From assembly GCA_002501605.1 (NCBI GenBank), contig DANW01000021.1, positions 1 to 62,122 of the forward strand: DNA of 62,122 nt, given 5' to 3'. The notes under the pieces were generated by a model that was given only the letters and a program-made list of their open reading frames with translations, ran no database searches and had not been told where the DNA came from. Source of the DNA: Euryarchaeota archaeon UBA28 (lineage in GTDB: Archaea > Thermoplasmatota > Poseidoniia > Poseidoniales > Thalassarchaeaceae). Below, piece by piece: positions 9,080-17,666 of the stretch (positions within the stretch are counted from its first letter, which is position 1; each line of letters begins with the position of its first letter). The translations under genes and the position numbers were made by a program.

Positions 9080-10219
9080 ATGGCAGATACTGAGATAGTA
9101 GAGAGTTACAGTCAAAACTTCGAATCTTGGATTAACGACTTCAGTGAATGGCAGACCAGAATAGGTTTCGATCCATCATGGCTGGGGGACTACAGGTTTG
9201 ACATCAAGTTTGACTGGGATACCGCAGGAAATGAGATTGAGTTTGGAGACTTCCAAGGGATGCCAAAGTGGAATCGAAGAATGCAAATTCCACAACAGAA
9301 CATCATGGATGCGATAATTAACATGGTAAGCGTGCAAGGCGATACTGAGTTCGCTAGTGTGGAGCAACAAAACCACTTACTGGCTTCTGCTCCCACGGAA
9401 TATGACAGAAAATCTGCCCTCAGAATAATGTGTGAAGAACAGCGTCATGGCTGGCAGATGGCGTATCTTCTGTGTACTTTCTTTGGTGAGCAAGGTGTTA
9501 GAGAGGCGTCAAAGTTGTTGGAAAGAAATGCGCAGGAGGGGACTAGAATTCTGGGGTCATTCAATGAACCTATCGATCACTGGCTGGATTTCTTCTGCTT
9601 CACACACTTCATTGATAGAGATGGGAAGTATCAGCTCAAGATGCTTAGTACCTCTTCATTCAAACCGTTGGCCGCTAGTATGGGCCCTATGCTGAAGGAA
9701 GAGTCGTTTCACCTAGGGACTGGAGCTAACGGGCTCAGAAGGATTGTCAAACAGGGAGTGATTCCCATAGCACTTCTTCAGAAATACATCAACAAGTGGG
9801 TGAGCACTGGTTTAGATCTCTTTGGCACTGACGATTCAACTAGTGCTCAATGGGCATATGTTTACGGAATCAAGGGAAGATACGACGAGAGAGAATCGGA
9901 TTTGGACGCAGACAGAGAGCACCTGAATGAGGCCAGCAGAGAGCTATACTTCGAAGAGCTGAGGAAGGAAATGGTGAGGATAAGCAAGTCCAGGAAAGAG
10001 GGCGAGCCTGAGCTCTACATACCTTCTGACAGATTCAAGAGGGGCATAGGAAAGTATGCAGGGACGAATTACACAGTCCATGGGGATTTATTCGAAGGAA
10101 CGGATGATGAGTACGAGGATTATCTATCCAGTGTTTTACCAACCGATGAGGACGAGGATAAGCTAGTTAACGAATACATGAAGCAAGAGTGGATTCAATA
10201 CCGTGAGTGGAAAGGATAG
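9080..10219 (+). CDS. Ferritin-like diiron acyl-CoA oxygenase, BoxB/PaaA family (benzoyl-CoA 2,3-epoxidase subunit B-like)
   Basis: Two EExxH diiron motifs (MCEEQRHGWQM and LKEESFHLG). The blocks GDTEFASVEQQ and FIDRDGKYQL are ones I recall as BoxB-family signatures. At 379 aa it is shorter than the roughly 470-aa BoxB as I recall it. Confidence 0.6.
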   Translation: MADTEIVESYSQNFESWINDFSEWQTRIGFDPSWLGDYRFDIKFDWDTAGNEIEFGDFQGMPKWNRRMQIPQQNIMDAIINMVSVQGDTEFASVEQQNHLLASAPTEYDRKSALRIMCEEQRHGWQMAYLLCTFFGEQGVREASKLLERNAQEGTRILGSFNEPIDHWLDFFCFTHFIDRDGKYQLKMLSTSSFKPLAASMGPMLKEESFHLGTGANGLRRIVKQGVIPIALLQKYINKWVSTGLDLFGTDDSTSAQWAYVYGIKGRYDERESDLDADREHLNEASRELYFEELRKEMVRISKSRKEGEPELYIPSDRFKRGIGKYAGTNYTVHGDLFEGTDDEYEDYLSSVLPTDEDEDKLVNEYMKQEWIQYREWKG

Positions 10220-10792
10220 GTGATAACTATGCAGTTTCATTCATTATCAGTTTTCGACAAGGACAAATGTGCTCACTTTTTTGAGCACCTTACTGATTAC
10301 TTCCATGAACACCATCACTCAGAAAATCAGGACTCAGAAACCTATGAGAATCTCCTTTACACTGTCAAGAGGCCTTACACCGTTGAAATGCTTGATCAAA
10401 TCGATGAATGGATGGGGCTTCCCAAGAGGATGTGGAGGGAAGAGACTCAAAGAGAGGTAATGCTCTCTCTTTACGCCATCAGATATCCTGATACACTGCT
10501 GATTGAAAGTCTGACTGATAACGCGAAATCCGACATCTACAGATTGTCAGCTTACTTACACTTCACTCATCATACATACTCAATATGGGATGAGGATACC
10601 CGAAAGGGGCTGGAAAAGCTGGGAATAATTATACCGTCGGTAGAGCAGGCCGATCCGTTCATTTACGGCGCTTATGTTTCCGCAATCGAGCTTCTGAAGG
10701 ACGTTGCCCCGTTCACATGCTTCCTAGAGCATGATGTCCCTCGGCAGAGGCTGTTTCAGTCGGCACTCGCTGCATATGGGCGGGAAGCTTGA
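10220..10792 (+). CDS. Hypothetical His-rich protein (190 aa) coupled to the diiron oxygenase
   Basis: It starts at the GTG directly after the oxygenase TAG (or at the ATG at 10229). Its stop overlaps the next gene's start (TTGA). It carries an N-terminal HFFEHLTDYFHEHHH cluster and I recognise no family. Confidence 0.55.
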   Translation: MITMQFHSLSVFDKDKCAHFFEHLTDYFHEHHHSENQDSETYENLLYTVKRPYTVEMLDQIDEWMGLPKRMWREETQREVMLSLYAIRYPDTLLIESLTDNAKSDIYRLSAYLHFTHHTYSIWDEDTRKGLEKLGIIIPSVEQADPFIYGAYVSAIELLKDVAPFTCFLEHDVPRQRLFQSALAAYGREA

Positions 10793-11712
10793 GTACGGCT
10801 TATTTCATGGGCACTCCTCGTAGCGACGTGGTCGTACGCAAAGTTGCTGTTATTGGCGCCGGAACTATGGGCTCTGGAATTGCACAAGTTTGCGCTCAGA
10901 CGGGATGGGAGACCAAACTCTATGACGCATTCAGTGATTCTTTAGACAGAGGTTTCTCGACGATTAATGAGTTCTGGATGAAGGGGATTTCAAGAGGGAA
11001 AAATTCGGAGGATGAGGTAAAGTCCTGGTCAAAAAACTTGCACAGATCTGAGAATCTGGAAGAGGCACTTGATGGAGTAGATTTAGTAATTGAGGCTGTT
11101 CCTGAAAAGATTGATCTAAAGAGGAGAATTTTCAGAGAAATTGAAAGATACGCTCCGGAAGATGCAATCCTGGCTACAAATACATCCGGTCTTAGAATTT
11201 CTGAAATCGCCTCTGCCACCGAATGTCCTGAGAGAGTTGTGGGGATGCACTTCTTCAATCCAGTACCTCTCATGGAGCTCTTAGAAATTATTGAACACGA
11301 TTCAGTGTCTAGAGAGACTCTGCAGAAGGCCAAAGAAATCGGAGGGGCAATGGGGAAGACTACGATCATTGTTGGAGACATCCCCGGTTTTGCTACCAGC
11401 CGACTAGGGGTGGTTCTTGGTAATGAGGCAATTAGGATGCTTGCGGAAGGCGTAGCCAGTGCTGGTGATATCGACACTGCGATGAAGCTCGGATACAGAC
11501 ATCCAATGGGCCCGCTCGAGCTTTCGGATTTGGTTGGGCTGGACGTCAGAAGGGACATATTGAGGAACTTGGCGGAGTCATTTGAGGACCCATCATACCT
11601 TCCTCATCCTTTACTGGACTCGCTCGTAGAATCAGGGGACTTAGGCAGAAAGACGGGCAGAGGGATATACGTCTGGACAAATGAGGGAAAGTCGGAGAGA
11701 GATGATTTGTGA
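10789..11712 (+). CDS. 3-hydroxyacyl-CoA dehydrogenase (NAD-dependent)
   Basis: KVAVIGAGTMGSGIAQV, ATNTSGL and GMHFFNPVPLMELLEII. An alternative ATG start lies at 10807. Confidence 0.9.
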   Translation: MSTAYFMGTPRSDVVVRKVAVIGAGTMGSGIAQVCAQTGWETKLYDAFSDSLDRGFSTINEFWMKGISRGKNSEDEVKSWSKNLHRSENLEEALDGVDLVIEAVPEKIDLKRRIFREIERYAPEDAILATNTSGLRISEIASATECPERVVGMHFFNPVPLMELLEIIEHDSVSRETLQKAKEIGGAMGKTTIIVGDIPGFATSRLGVVLGNEAIRMLAEGVASAGDIDTAMKLGYRHPMGPLELSDLVGLDVRRDILRNLAESFEDPSYLPHPLLDSLVESGDLGRKTGRGIYVWTNEGKSERDDL

Positions 11713-11721
11713 GCGATATTC

Positions 11722-12018
11722 ATGCAAGGCGCTTTTATTGAGATAATTGGTTTGATTGCCGGGACGCTGGGAGTAATTGCTTGGATTCCCCAGATTAAAG
11801 AAGTCTGGATAGAGGGTTTGCATGAGGGGATTTCTCTCCCAACATTCTTTCTTGTCTCTACTGCACTTATACTCTGGCTCATTTATGGGATACTGATTAG
11901 CTCATTTTCAATAATTGTAGCGAATTTGGCTGCACTCGTCTGCATTCTATCGTTAATCTTTGGTGTGATAAGACTAAGGATGATTGAAGCTCAAGATGGT
12001 GCGAACACCGGGAGTTGA
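11722..12018 (+). CDS. SemiSWEET / PQ-loop family membrane transporter (3 TM, 98 aa)
   Basis: The PQ motif sits in TM1 (VIAWIPQIKEVW), and the size and 3-TM layout parallel bacterial SemiSWEETs. The last 22 nt overlap tRNA-Gly(CCC) on the opposite strand. Confidence 0.7.
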   Translation: MQGAFIEIIGLIAGTLGVIAWIPQIKEVWIEGLHEGISLPTFFLVSTALILWLIYGILISSFSIIVANLAALVCILSLIFGVIRLRMIEAQDGANTGS

Positions 12019-12071
12019 ACCCGGGTTAGCAGGTTGGGAACCTGCTGTCATAACCACTAGACCATGTCCGC
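11997..12071 (-). tRNA. tRNA-Gly (anticodon CCC), CCA encoded
   Basis: Hand-folded cloverleaf. Acceptor GCGGACA/TGTTCGC, D-arm GTCT-AGTGGTTA-TGAC, anticodon arm GCAGG-TTCCCAA-CCTGC, T-arm CCGGG-TTCAACT-CCCGG. It has A73 and the C2:G71 and G3:C70 Gly identity pairs. Confidence 0.9.
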
Positions 12072-12118
12072 CTGTGGGTCGAGAGAAGAAACTGGTAATT
12101 TAGCGACTCGGTTAATTT

Positions 12119-13456
12119 CTAGGGTCTGGCATCTGCCTTACGCTTCTTTGTCCCTCTTCCTCGCCTTCGATTCTTCTTGTTTCGATGAGGCTTATTTTTC
12201 TCGGTACCCGATGATTTTCTATCCCTGACTCTTCTGGAATTCCTGGAGCGCCCCCTCCTGGACCTCGGTTTTCTAGCCTTCTGACCCCCACCCGTCTTTC
12301 CATCTCTAGAGGGAACTAGATCAAATTTATTTTTCTTGAGTTCCCCGGGATTGGGGTCCGTGAATCTTTTCCTTATCCCCACCTCTCTCTGAATTCTATT
12401 GTAAGTCCTCTGTTCATTTTTCCTTACAAATGATATTACTGTACCACTATTCCCAGCCCTAGCAGTTCTGCCACTTCTGTGCTTGTACACCTTTCCATCA
12501 TCGGGCGGATCATAATGAATCACACAATTGATGCCATCAACATCAATTCCCCGTGCTGCCACGTCTGTAGCGATGAGAACCATACTCCTTCCACTACTGA
12601 ATTTATTCATGGCTCGATCTCTTTGTTTCTGATTCAAGCCACCATGTAAGGACGAGATGGGCACACTTTCTAGCTTCATTTCCTCACTAAGCCTATCTAC
12701 CCCAGCCCTGGTTCTGCAGAAGATGATACTCCTACCCGATCTTCTGACTGATTTTACCGCTATCTCGGTTTTTTTATGGGGCTTGATATTCCAGAACTTA
12801 TGGTCCATAGTCTCCATACTGACTTCCTCAGGGCCTACCTCAATCTTTACAGGATCATTTTGGTACGTCCTCACTAGTCTGGAGACGTCACGATCTAGTG
12901 TCGCACTGAAAAGAATCACCTGAGGATTACTCGCACACTTGTCGATAATCCTGCATACCGGCTCCATGAATCCCATGTCTGCCATCCTATCAGCTTCATC
13001 TAAAACTAAAATATCGATTTCATCTAATGTCAGTGCTCCTCTATCAATTAGGTCCAGGAGTCTCCCGGGACATGCCACTATAATCTCTACTCCCTTTTCT
13101 AGGGCCCTGATCTGCCTCCCATACGATGAACCCCCATAAATTGAAAGAACTTTCATTTTAGAATAGCTCCAAGCCAACGGATCCAGAACGTTCCTTATCT
13201 GTTCTGCTAGCTCCCTGGTTGGAGTTAATATGAGAGCAGTGGGGCGTTTAGATGAAGCAGGTTTTGCCATTGAGATTAGAGGGAGGCCAAAAGCCAGAGT
13301 CTTCCCTGAGCCAGTTGGGGCCCTACAACATATGTCTCTACCCTCAAGCGCACTTGGTATGGCTTCAATTTGGACTTCGAAGGGCTCTATGATGCCCTCA
13401 TTAGAAAGCGATTCGACCAAGCTTGACTTGATTCCTAAGTCTGAGAATCGAACCAC
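12119..13456 (-). CDS. DEAD-box ATP-dependent RNA helicase with an Arg/Lys/Gly-rich C-terminal tail
   Basis: APTGSGKT, PTRELA, VLDEADRM, SAT and HRSGRTARAG. The last ~70 aa are strongly basic (RSRRGRSRNSRRVRDRK...). Confidence 0.9.
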   Translation of the reverse strand: MVRFSDLGIKSSLVESLSNEGIIEPFEVQIEAIPSALEGRDICCRAPTGSGKTLAFGLPLISMAKPASSKRPTALILTPTRELAEQIRNVLDPLAWSYSKMKVLSIYGGSSYGRQIRALEKGVEIIVACPGRLLDLIDRGALTLDEIDILVLDEADRMADMGFMEPVCRIIDKCASNPQVILFSATLDRDVSRLVRTYQNDPVKIEVGPEEVSMETMDHKFWNIKPHKKTEIAVKSVRRSGRSIIFCRTRAGVDRLSEEMKLESVPISSLHGGLNQKQRDRAMNKFSSGRSMVLIATDVAARGIDVDGINCVIHYDPPDDGKVYKHRSGRTARAGNSGTVISFVRKNEQRTYNRIQREVGIRKRFTDPNPGELKKNKFDLVPSRDGKTGGGQKARKPRSRRGRSRNSRRVRDRKSSGTEKNKPHRNKKNRRRGRGTKKRKADARP

Positions 13457-13562
13457 TGAGAACCCTACAAACCGACCCCTGTAGGTACTCTATTTAGTAT
13501 AGGCAGTTATAGAATAGAGTAAACATAGGAAGATGAGCCTGAATGACGCAGCGGGATTCTCT

Positions 13563-15209
13563 TTATTGCTGGCTCTTTCTTTGGATATAGTCTGAGTAAT
13601 TGCCCGGCCACACCCATAGACTCCCATCTCCTGGTAACTCCCAAATTGTATCACAAATTTTGTCCAGGAAATATCTATCATGACTGACTGTTATTATAGC
13701 TCCTTCATAATCCTGGAGAGTCTCTTCCAATGCTTCCTTTGCATCTGTATCGAGGTGATTTGTTGGCTCATCCAAGAGGAGCATGTTGTTCTCCCCCAAT
13801 AACAGTTCCAGAAGTGCGATCCTCGCTCTCTCTCCTCCACTGAGTTTTCCCAATGGAACCTTCACCATATCTTTGGTGAATTGAAACCTTCCCAGAAGTG
13901 CCCGAATTTCTCCATAATCCATTCTTGGCCTTAGGGCTTTAACCTGTTCAACTGGATTTAATTTGAAATCCAGTGATCTGTGGTCTTGATGGAAATAACC
14001 AATTTGGACACCGGGTCTAATGTCAATCGAACCGGAGTCAAGTTGAATTTCTCCCGTAATTAATCTCAAAAGAGTAGTCTTTCCAGCACCATTTGGCCCT
14101 ACTATACCGATTTTCTGACCTCTTCTTATCCCGACTTCTAGCCCATTTATAATCGGTCTATTCAAATCTTGAAACGAGAATTTAGCATTATGAAAATCCA
14201 AGACCTCCAGACTGCTCTTTTCTATTGATTTTAAGTTAAATTTTAGAGACTGCCTCTGACGGGGCTTGAGCGTCTTTAGCCATTTTAATTCCCTTTGGGC
14301 TCTTGAAATCATGACATGCTTCTGAGATACAGACTTGTCGTATTTATTGGCCCTTTTCATAGACTGCATTGCTCCAAGTAGCCTCTTGACTTCTTTCTGT
14401 GTCTTCTCAATCCTATCTTGTAGTGTCTGTAGAAATAGTTCCTTCTGATGCAAGAAGGAGGTGTAGTTCCCACTGTATCCCTTCAAATGGGCATCTTGGA
14501 CCTCTACTATGTTGTTGCATACTCGGTCAAGGAAGTATCTATCATGGCTGACTATCAATAGAGCTCCTTCGAATGTATTCAGAAACCTTTCCAACCAATC
14601 CAATGTCTGGAAATCTAAATGATTTGTTGGTTCGTCTAGGAAAAATACGTCTATTTCTCTGAGTCCTACCAACTGTCTGGCCAATGCCACCTTTGCTCTC
14701 TCTCCTCCAGATAATGATGAGAGGGGGATGTCTATCGAATGATGAGCTAGATCAAGTGCCTTCAGAATTTCTTGTGCGTGTCCGGCTACATCCCCTCCTC
14801 CGGATCTTGCCATCAGACTCTGGAGCTCCTGATACCTATCCATTGCACTTTGCCATTCACCATCATAGAATCCGGGGTCTGCCATCATGCCCTCTATTTT
14901 TGAGATCTCATCCTCTAACTCCTGAAACTGCCTCCCTCTGCGGTTTAGCTCCTCACCGAGGGTAGCTTCCTCCACTATATCTCGAATTTGAGTCAGGAAA
15001 GCCAACCTTAGTCCAGCGGCATACGTTATGTCGCCCATGTCCTGATCTCGATTACTAATCGTACGCAGTAGTGTAGTCTTTCCAGCTCCATTATGTCCAA
15101 CAACTCCAATCCTATCTCCCTCATCTATTCTAAGATTGATTCCTTCTAGAATTGTCAGAGGTCCAAACGCCCTGTGCACGTCTTCCAGACGGATTAGCTC
15201 TCTCGCCAC
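13563..15209 (-). CDS. ABC-F family ATPase (tandem nucleotide-binding domains, no membrane domain)
   Basis: NBD1 has GHNGAGKTT, LSGGERAKVALAR and FFLDEPTNHLD. NBD2 has GPNGAGKTT, LSGGERARIALLE and LLLDEPTNHLD. A charged inter-domain linker joins them and there are no TM segments. Confidence 0.85.
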   Translation of the reverse strand: MARELIRLEDVHRAFGPLTILEGINLRIDEGDRIGVVGHNGAGKTTLLRTISNRDQDMGDITYAAGLRLAFLTQIRDIVEEATLGEELNRRGRQFQELEDEISKIEGMMADPGFYDGEWQSAMDRYQELQSLMARSGGGDVAGHAQEILKALDLAHHSIDIPLSSLSGGERAKVALARQLVGLREIDVFFLDEPTNHLDFQTLDWLERFLNTFEGALLIVSHDRYFLDRVCNNIVEVQDAHLKGYSGNYTSFLHQKELFLQTLQDRIEKTQKEVKRLLGAMQSMKRANKYDKSVSQKHVMISRAQRELKWLKTLKPRQRQSLKFNLKSIEKSSLEVLDFHNAKFSFQDLNRPIINGLEVGIRRGQKIGIVGPNGAGKTTLLRLITGEIQLDSGSIDIRPGVQIGYFHQDHRSLDFKLNPVEQVKALRPRMDYGEIRALLGRFQFTKDMVKVPLGKLSGGERARIALLELLLGENNMLLLDEPTNHLDTDAKEALEETLQDYEGAIITVSHDRYFLDKICDTIWELPGDGSLWVWPGNYSDYIQRKSQQ

Positions 15210-15298
15210 AGTACTCCGTGTAGACTTTGGTTGAAGTGCTCATCGGTCGATATACCATTTACAGCAATAGTCATCAATGATGGCTGTGTTCTGGGGCC

Positions 15299-16351
15299 AT
15301 GGCTGGGGCGAGGGAGTATTGGGGCTCGATTAGTCGAAGGAAGAAGGTTTTCTCCATTTCAACTGCCGTAGTACTGCTGCTCGTACCAACTATTTGGTTC
15401 GGCTTGGGGCACGTAATCGCAATGCAGGCTTTGACCTCACCTCACGGGTGTGGAATTTGGGAGTCTAACACTCCAACTAATTGGACTGTGGATGATGATT
15501 GGGAGTCCTTCGAGCCTTGGCCGGATTCAGAAAACCGGATTTCAATAAGGAAGGATTTCGATGCATCACCGTGGCAGTTTGATTCTTACGAAAATATCAG
15601 TTTCAGTAGCCGGGATGGTTTGGATATTGCAGCGTGGTACTCAGAGGTAGATGAGTCTGCTCCGGTCGTAATTTTGGTACATGGGGGATATCTGAACGGA
15701 AAGTGCAAACCAGAAGTTCTACTTACTGCTAGTTACCTAGCTGATGGAGGGATCAATACTCTAATGGTTGACCTCAGAAATCATGGAGCTAGTCAAAATG
15801 TTTCTGACTATATGTACCTAGGTCAGAAGGAATATCTGGATGTATTAGGCGCATATGATTGGCTGTTGGAAGAAAAATCCTACCCTTCTTCTTCTATAGG
15901 ATTACTTGGGATATCTACTGGAGCACTTACAGCAGCATTGGCATTCGGAGAATCCGAGATACAAGCTATGTGGTTGGATAGTGCGATCATCGACTTTCCA
16001 ATGTTAGTTGAGAATGAGCTAGAGAGACTTGGGTATCCAAAGATGCTGGCATCACCTGCTATCGCAATGGGAGAGAGAATTATCGGGATTAATCCCAATG
16101 AGGTGCCACCAATAACCGCTGCATCAAAGGCGGGAGAAAGGCCAATGTATCTTGCGCATGGCGAAGATGATGGGAGAATTTCCCCCCTCCATTCTCAGAT
16201 GTTCTATGATAAAGCTCTTGCTTCGAATGCGAACGTGACGCTATGGATGATTGGGGATTCTGGTCACGTGGACGCAGTTTGGGAGAATCCAGAATACCAA
16301 GGAAGGTTGGTGTATTTCTTCACTGAGGCTCTTTCGTGGAATGGCCGTTGA
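15299..16351 (+). CDS. Membrane-anchored alpha/beta hydrolase (S9/dienelactone-hydrolase-like)
   Basis: N-terminal TM segment, VVILVHGG, the nucleophile elbow LLGISTGA and a distal GDSGHVD. Confidence 0.75.
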   Translation: MAGAREYWGSISRRKKVFSISTAVVLLLVPTIWFGLGHVIAMQALTSPHGCGIWESNTPTNWTVDDDWESFEPWPDSENRISIRKDFDASPWQFDSYENISFSSRDGLDIAAWYSEVDESAPVVILVHGGYLNGKCKPEVLLTASYLADGGINTLMVDLRNHGASQNVSDYMYLGQKEYLDVLGAYDWLLEEKSYPSSSIGLLGISTGALTAALAFGESEIQAMWLDSAIIDFPMLVENELERLGYPKMLASPAIAMGERIIGINPNEVPPITAASKAGERPMYLAHGEDDGRISPLHSQMFYDKALASNANVTLWMIGDSGHVDAVWENPEYQGRLVYFFTEALSWNGR

Positions 16352-16355
16352 CTTC

Positions 16356-16805
16356 TTATGGTCTGATAATATCATCAAGAATCCATTTTCCTCCCACCAT
16401 AGAAATTAGTGATGCTGAGCATGTCGGTAGCATCTCAAGATTGCCCGTCATAGACTCCAGTAACATCTCGCAACTAGGATTGTGTCCGATTATCATTTCA
16501 GTGCGCCCCTCGTCGATTCTATCCACCATGGAAAGCAATGTTGGAAGGGAGGCTTGGTATAGTTCTCCATTGATGGATTTTGGTATCTCTGAGAATTGAG
16601 GGCCCATATTCTCCAAAGTCTGTAGTGTTCTCAAAGAGCTACTGACAAAGATATGGTCTGGCTTCCAACTCCTTTGAATGATTTCTCCGGCGATAATCGG
16701 TGAATCTCGTAGCCCTATCTCATCCAATGGTCTGTCATGATCACTTAAATTGGGGTCGTCCCTACTACTGTTCGCGTGTCGGAGAATTATCAAGCGCCTA
16801 TTCAT
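16356..16805 (-). CDS. Histidine phosphatase family protein (SixA-like)
   Basis: RLIILRHANS (RHG motif), SSSLRTLQT and IIGHNPS. The ORF extends to 16874, but the ATG at 16805 (MNRRL) avoids a 77-nt overlap and leaves 8 nt of overlap with the upstream crotonase. Confidence 0.7.
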   Translation of the reverse strand: MNRRLIILRHANSSRDDPNLSDHDRPLDEIGLRDSPIIAGEIIQRSWKPDHIFVSSSLRTLQTLENMGPQFSEIPKSINGELYQASLPTLLSMVDRIDEGRTEMIIGHNPSCEMLLESMTGNLEMLPTCSASLISMVGGKWILDDIIRP

Positions 16806-17616
16806 CCTCACTTCCTCCGGAGAATCGAGGCTCTCTTTTCTCCATGAATGCTGTGACTCCCTCAAGAAAATCATTGGATTGGGTTGAAGAAATCATCAAC
16901 GCCCTCTCAAATTCTAATTGGGTTTCCAAGAACGTAGATGTCGAAGCATCAATCAACTGCTTGGTTGACCTACGGCTGTTTACCGACCATCTTCCCCAAT
17001 CCTTAGCCACTTCAATGGATCTCGAAATTAGTGTTTCTGATTGAGTTACTTCATCCACTGCTCCAGCCTCTAGAGAATCGTTGGCTGACCATACCTCATT
17101 TCCGAAGAAGAACTTCCTGGCCCTTTGGCTCCCTACTAGTCTTGGCAATAGCCATGTGGTTCCTCCATCAGGAGATGCCCCTAGTGCGAAAAATGCGGCT
17201 GCTATCTTTGCTTTATCAGAACATATTCTGTAGTCAGTAGATAACGCTAGGCCGAGACCGCCCCCGGCAGCGGCCCCGTTGATTGCAGAAACAAAAACAG
17301 TATCGGAGGCCCTTATTTTTAGGATTAATGAGTGCAGTGATTTGGTCATCTCACTAACCATGTCAACAATAGTTCCCTCATTTATGGCATCGGCAAATTC
17401 GTCTACCGGCCCTCCTGCGCTGAAGAATTTTCCAGAACCCGTTAAAACCACTGATTTGCATGAAGGATCTTCCATCAATGACATCAATTTGTTCCTTATG
17501 GGGTCAAAATTTTCTGGATTGAAGGTATTCCTGGAAGCTTCTTCTGACATGTGGACAACTGCGACGCCTCCATCATGCCTTTCGACGGTAAAGGGCATAG
17601 CAACCGAAAGGGGCAC
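16798..17616 (-). CDS. Enoyl-CoA hydratase/isomerase family protein
   Basis: FFSAGGPVDEF, NGAAAGGGLGLALSTDYRI and a C-terminal FMEKREPRF. The ORF opens with GTG at 17616, and the ATG at 17598 (MPFTVERHDGG) is the likelier start. Confidence 0.85.
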   Translation of the reverse strand: MPLSVAMPFTVERHDGGVAVVHMSEEASRNTFNPENFDPIRNKLMSLMEDPSCKSVVLTGSGKFFSAGGPVDEFADAINEGTIVDMVSEMTKSLHSLILKIRASDTVFVSAINGAAAGGGLGLALSTDYRICSDKAKIAAAFFALGASPDGGTTWLLPRLVGSQRARKFFFGNEVWSANDSLEAGAVDEVTQSETLISRSIEVAKDWGRWSVNSRRSTKQLIDASTSTFLETQLEFERALMISSTQSNDFLEGVTAFMEKREPRFSGGSEDE

Positions 17617-17666
17617 TCATTATTGAACTCCATGAAGGTGATAAGTCAGACCTCAGTGGGAAGTAT

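Noticed and set aside
12112-12303. 63-aa ORF overlapping the 3' end of the DEAD-box helicase in another frame
   Set aside because: It is an artefact of the purine-rich repeat DNA that encodes the helicase's Arg/Gly/Lys tail.
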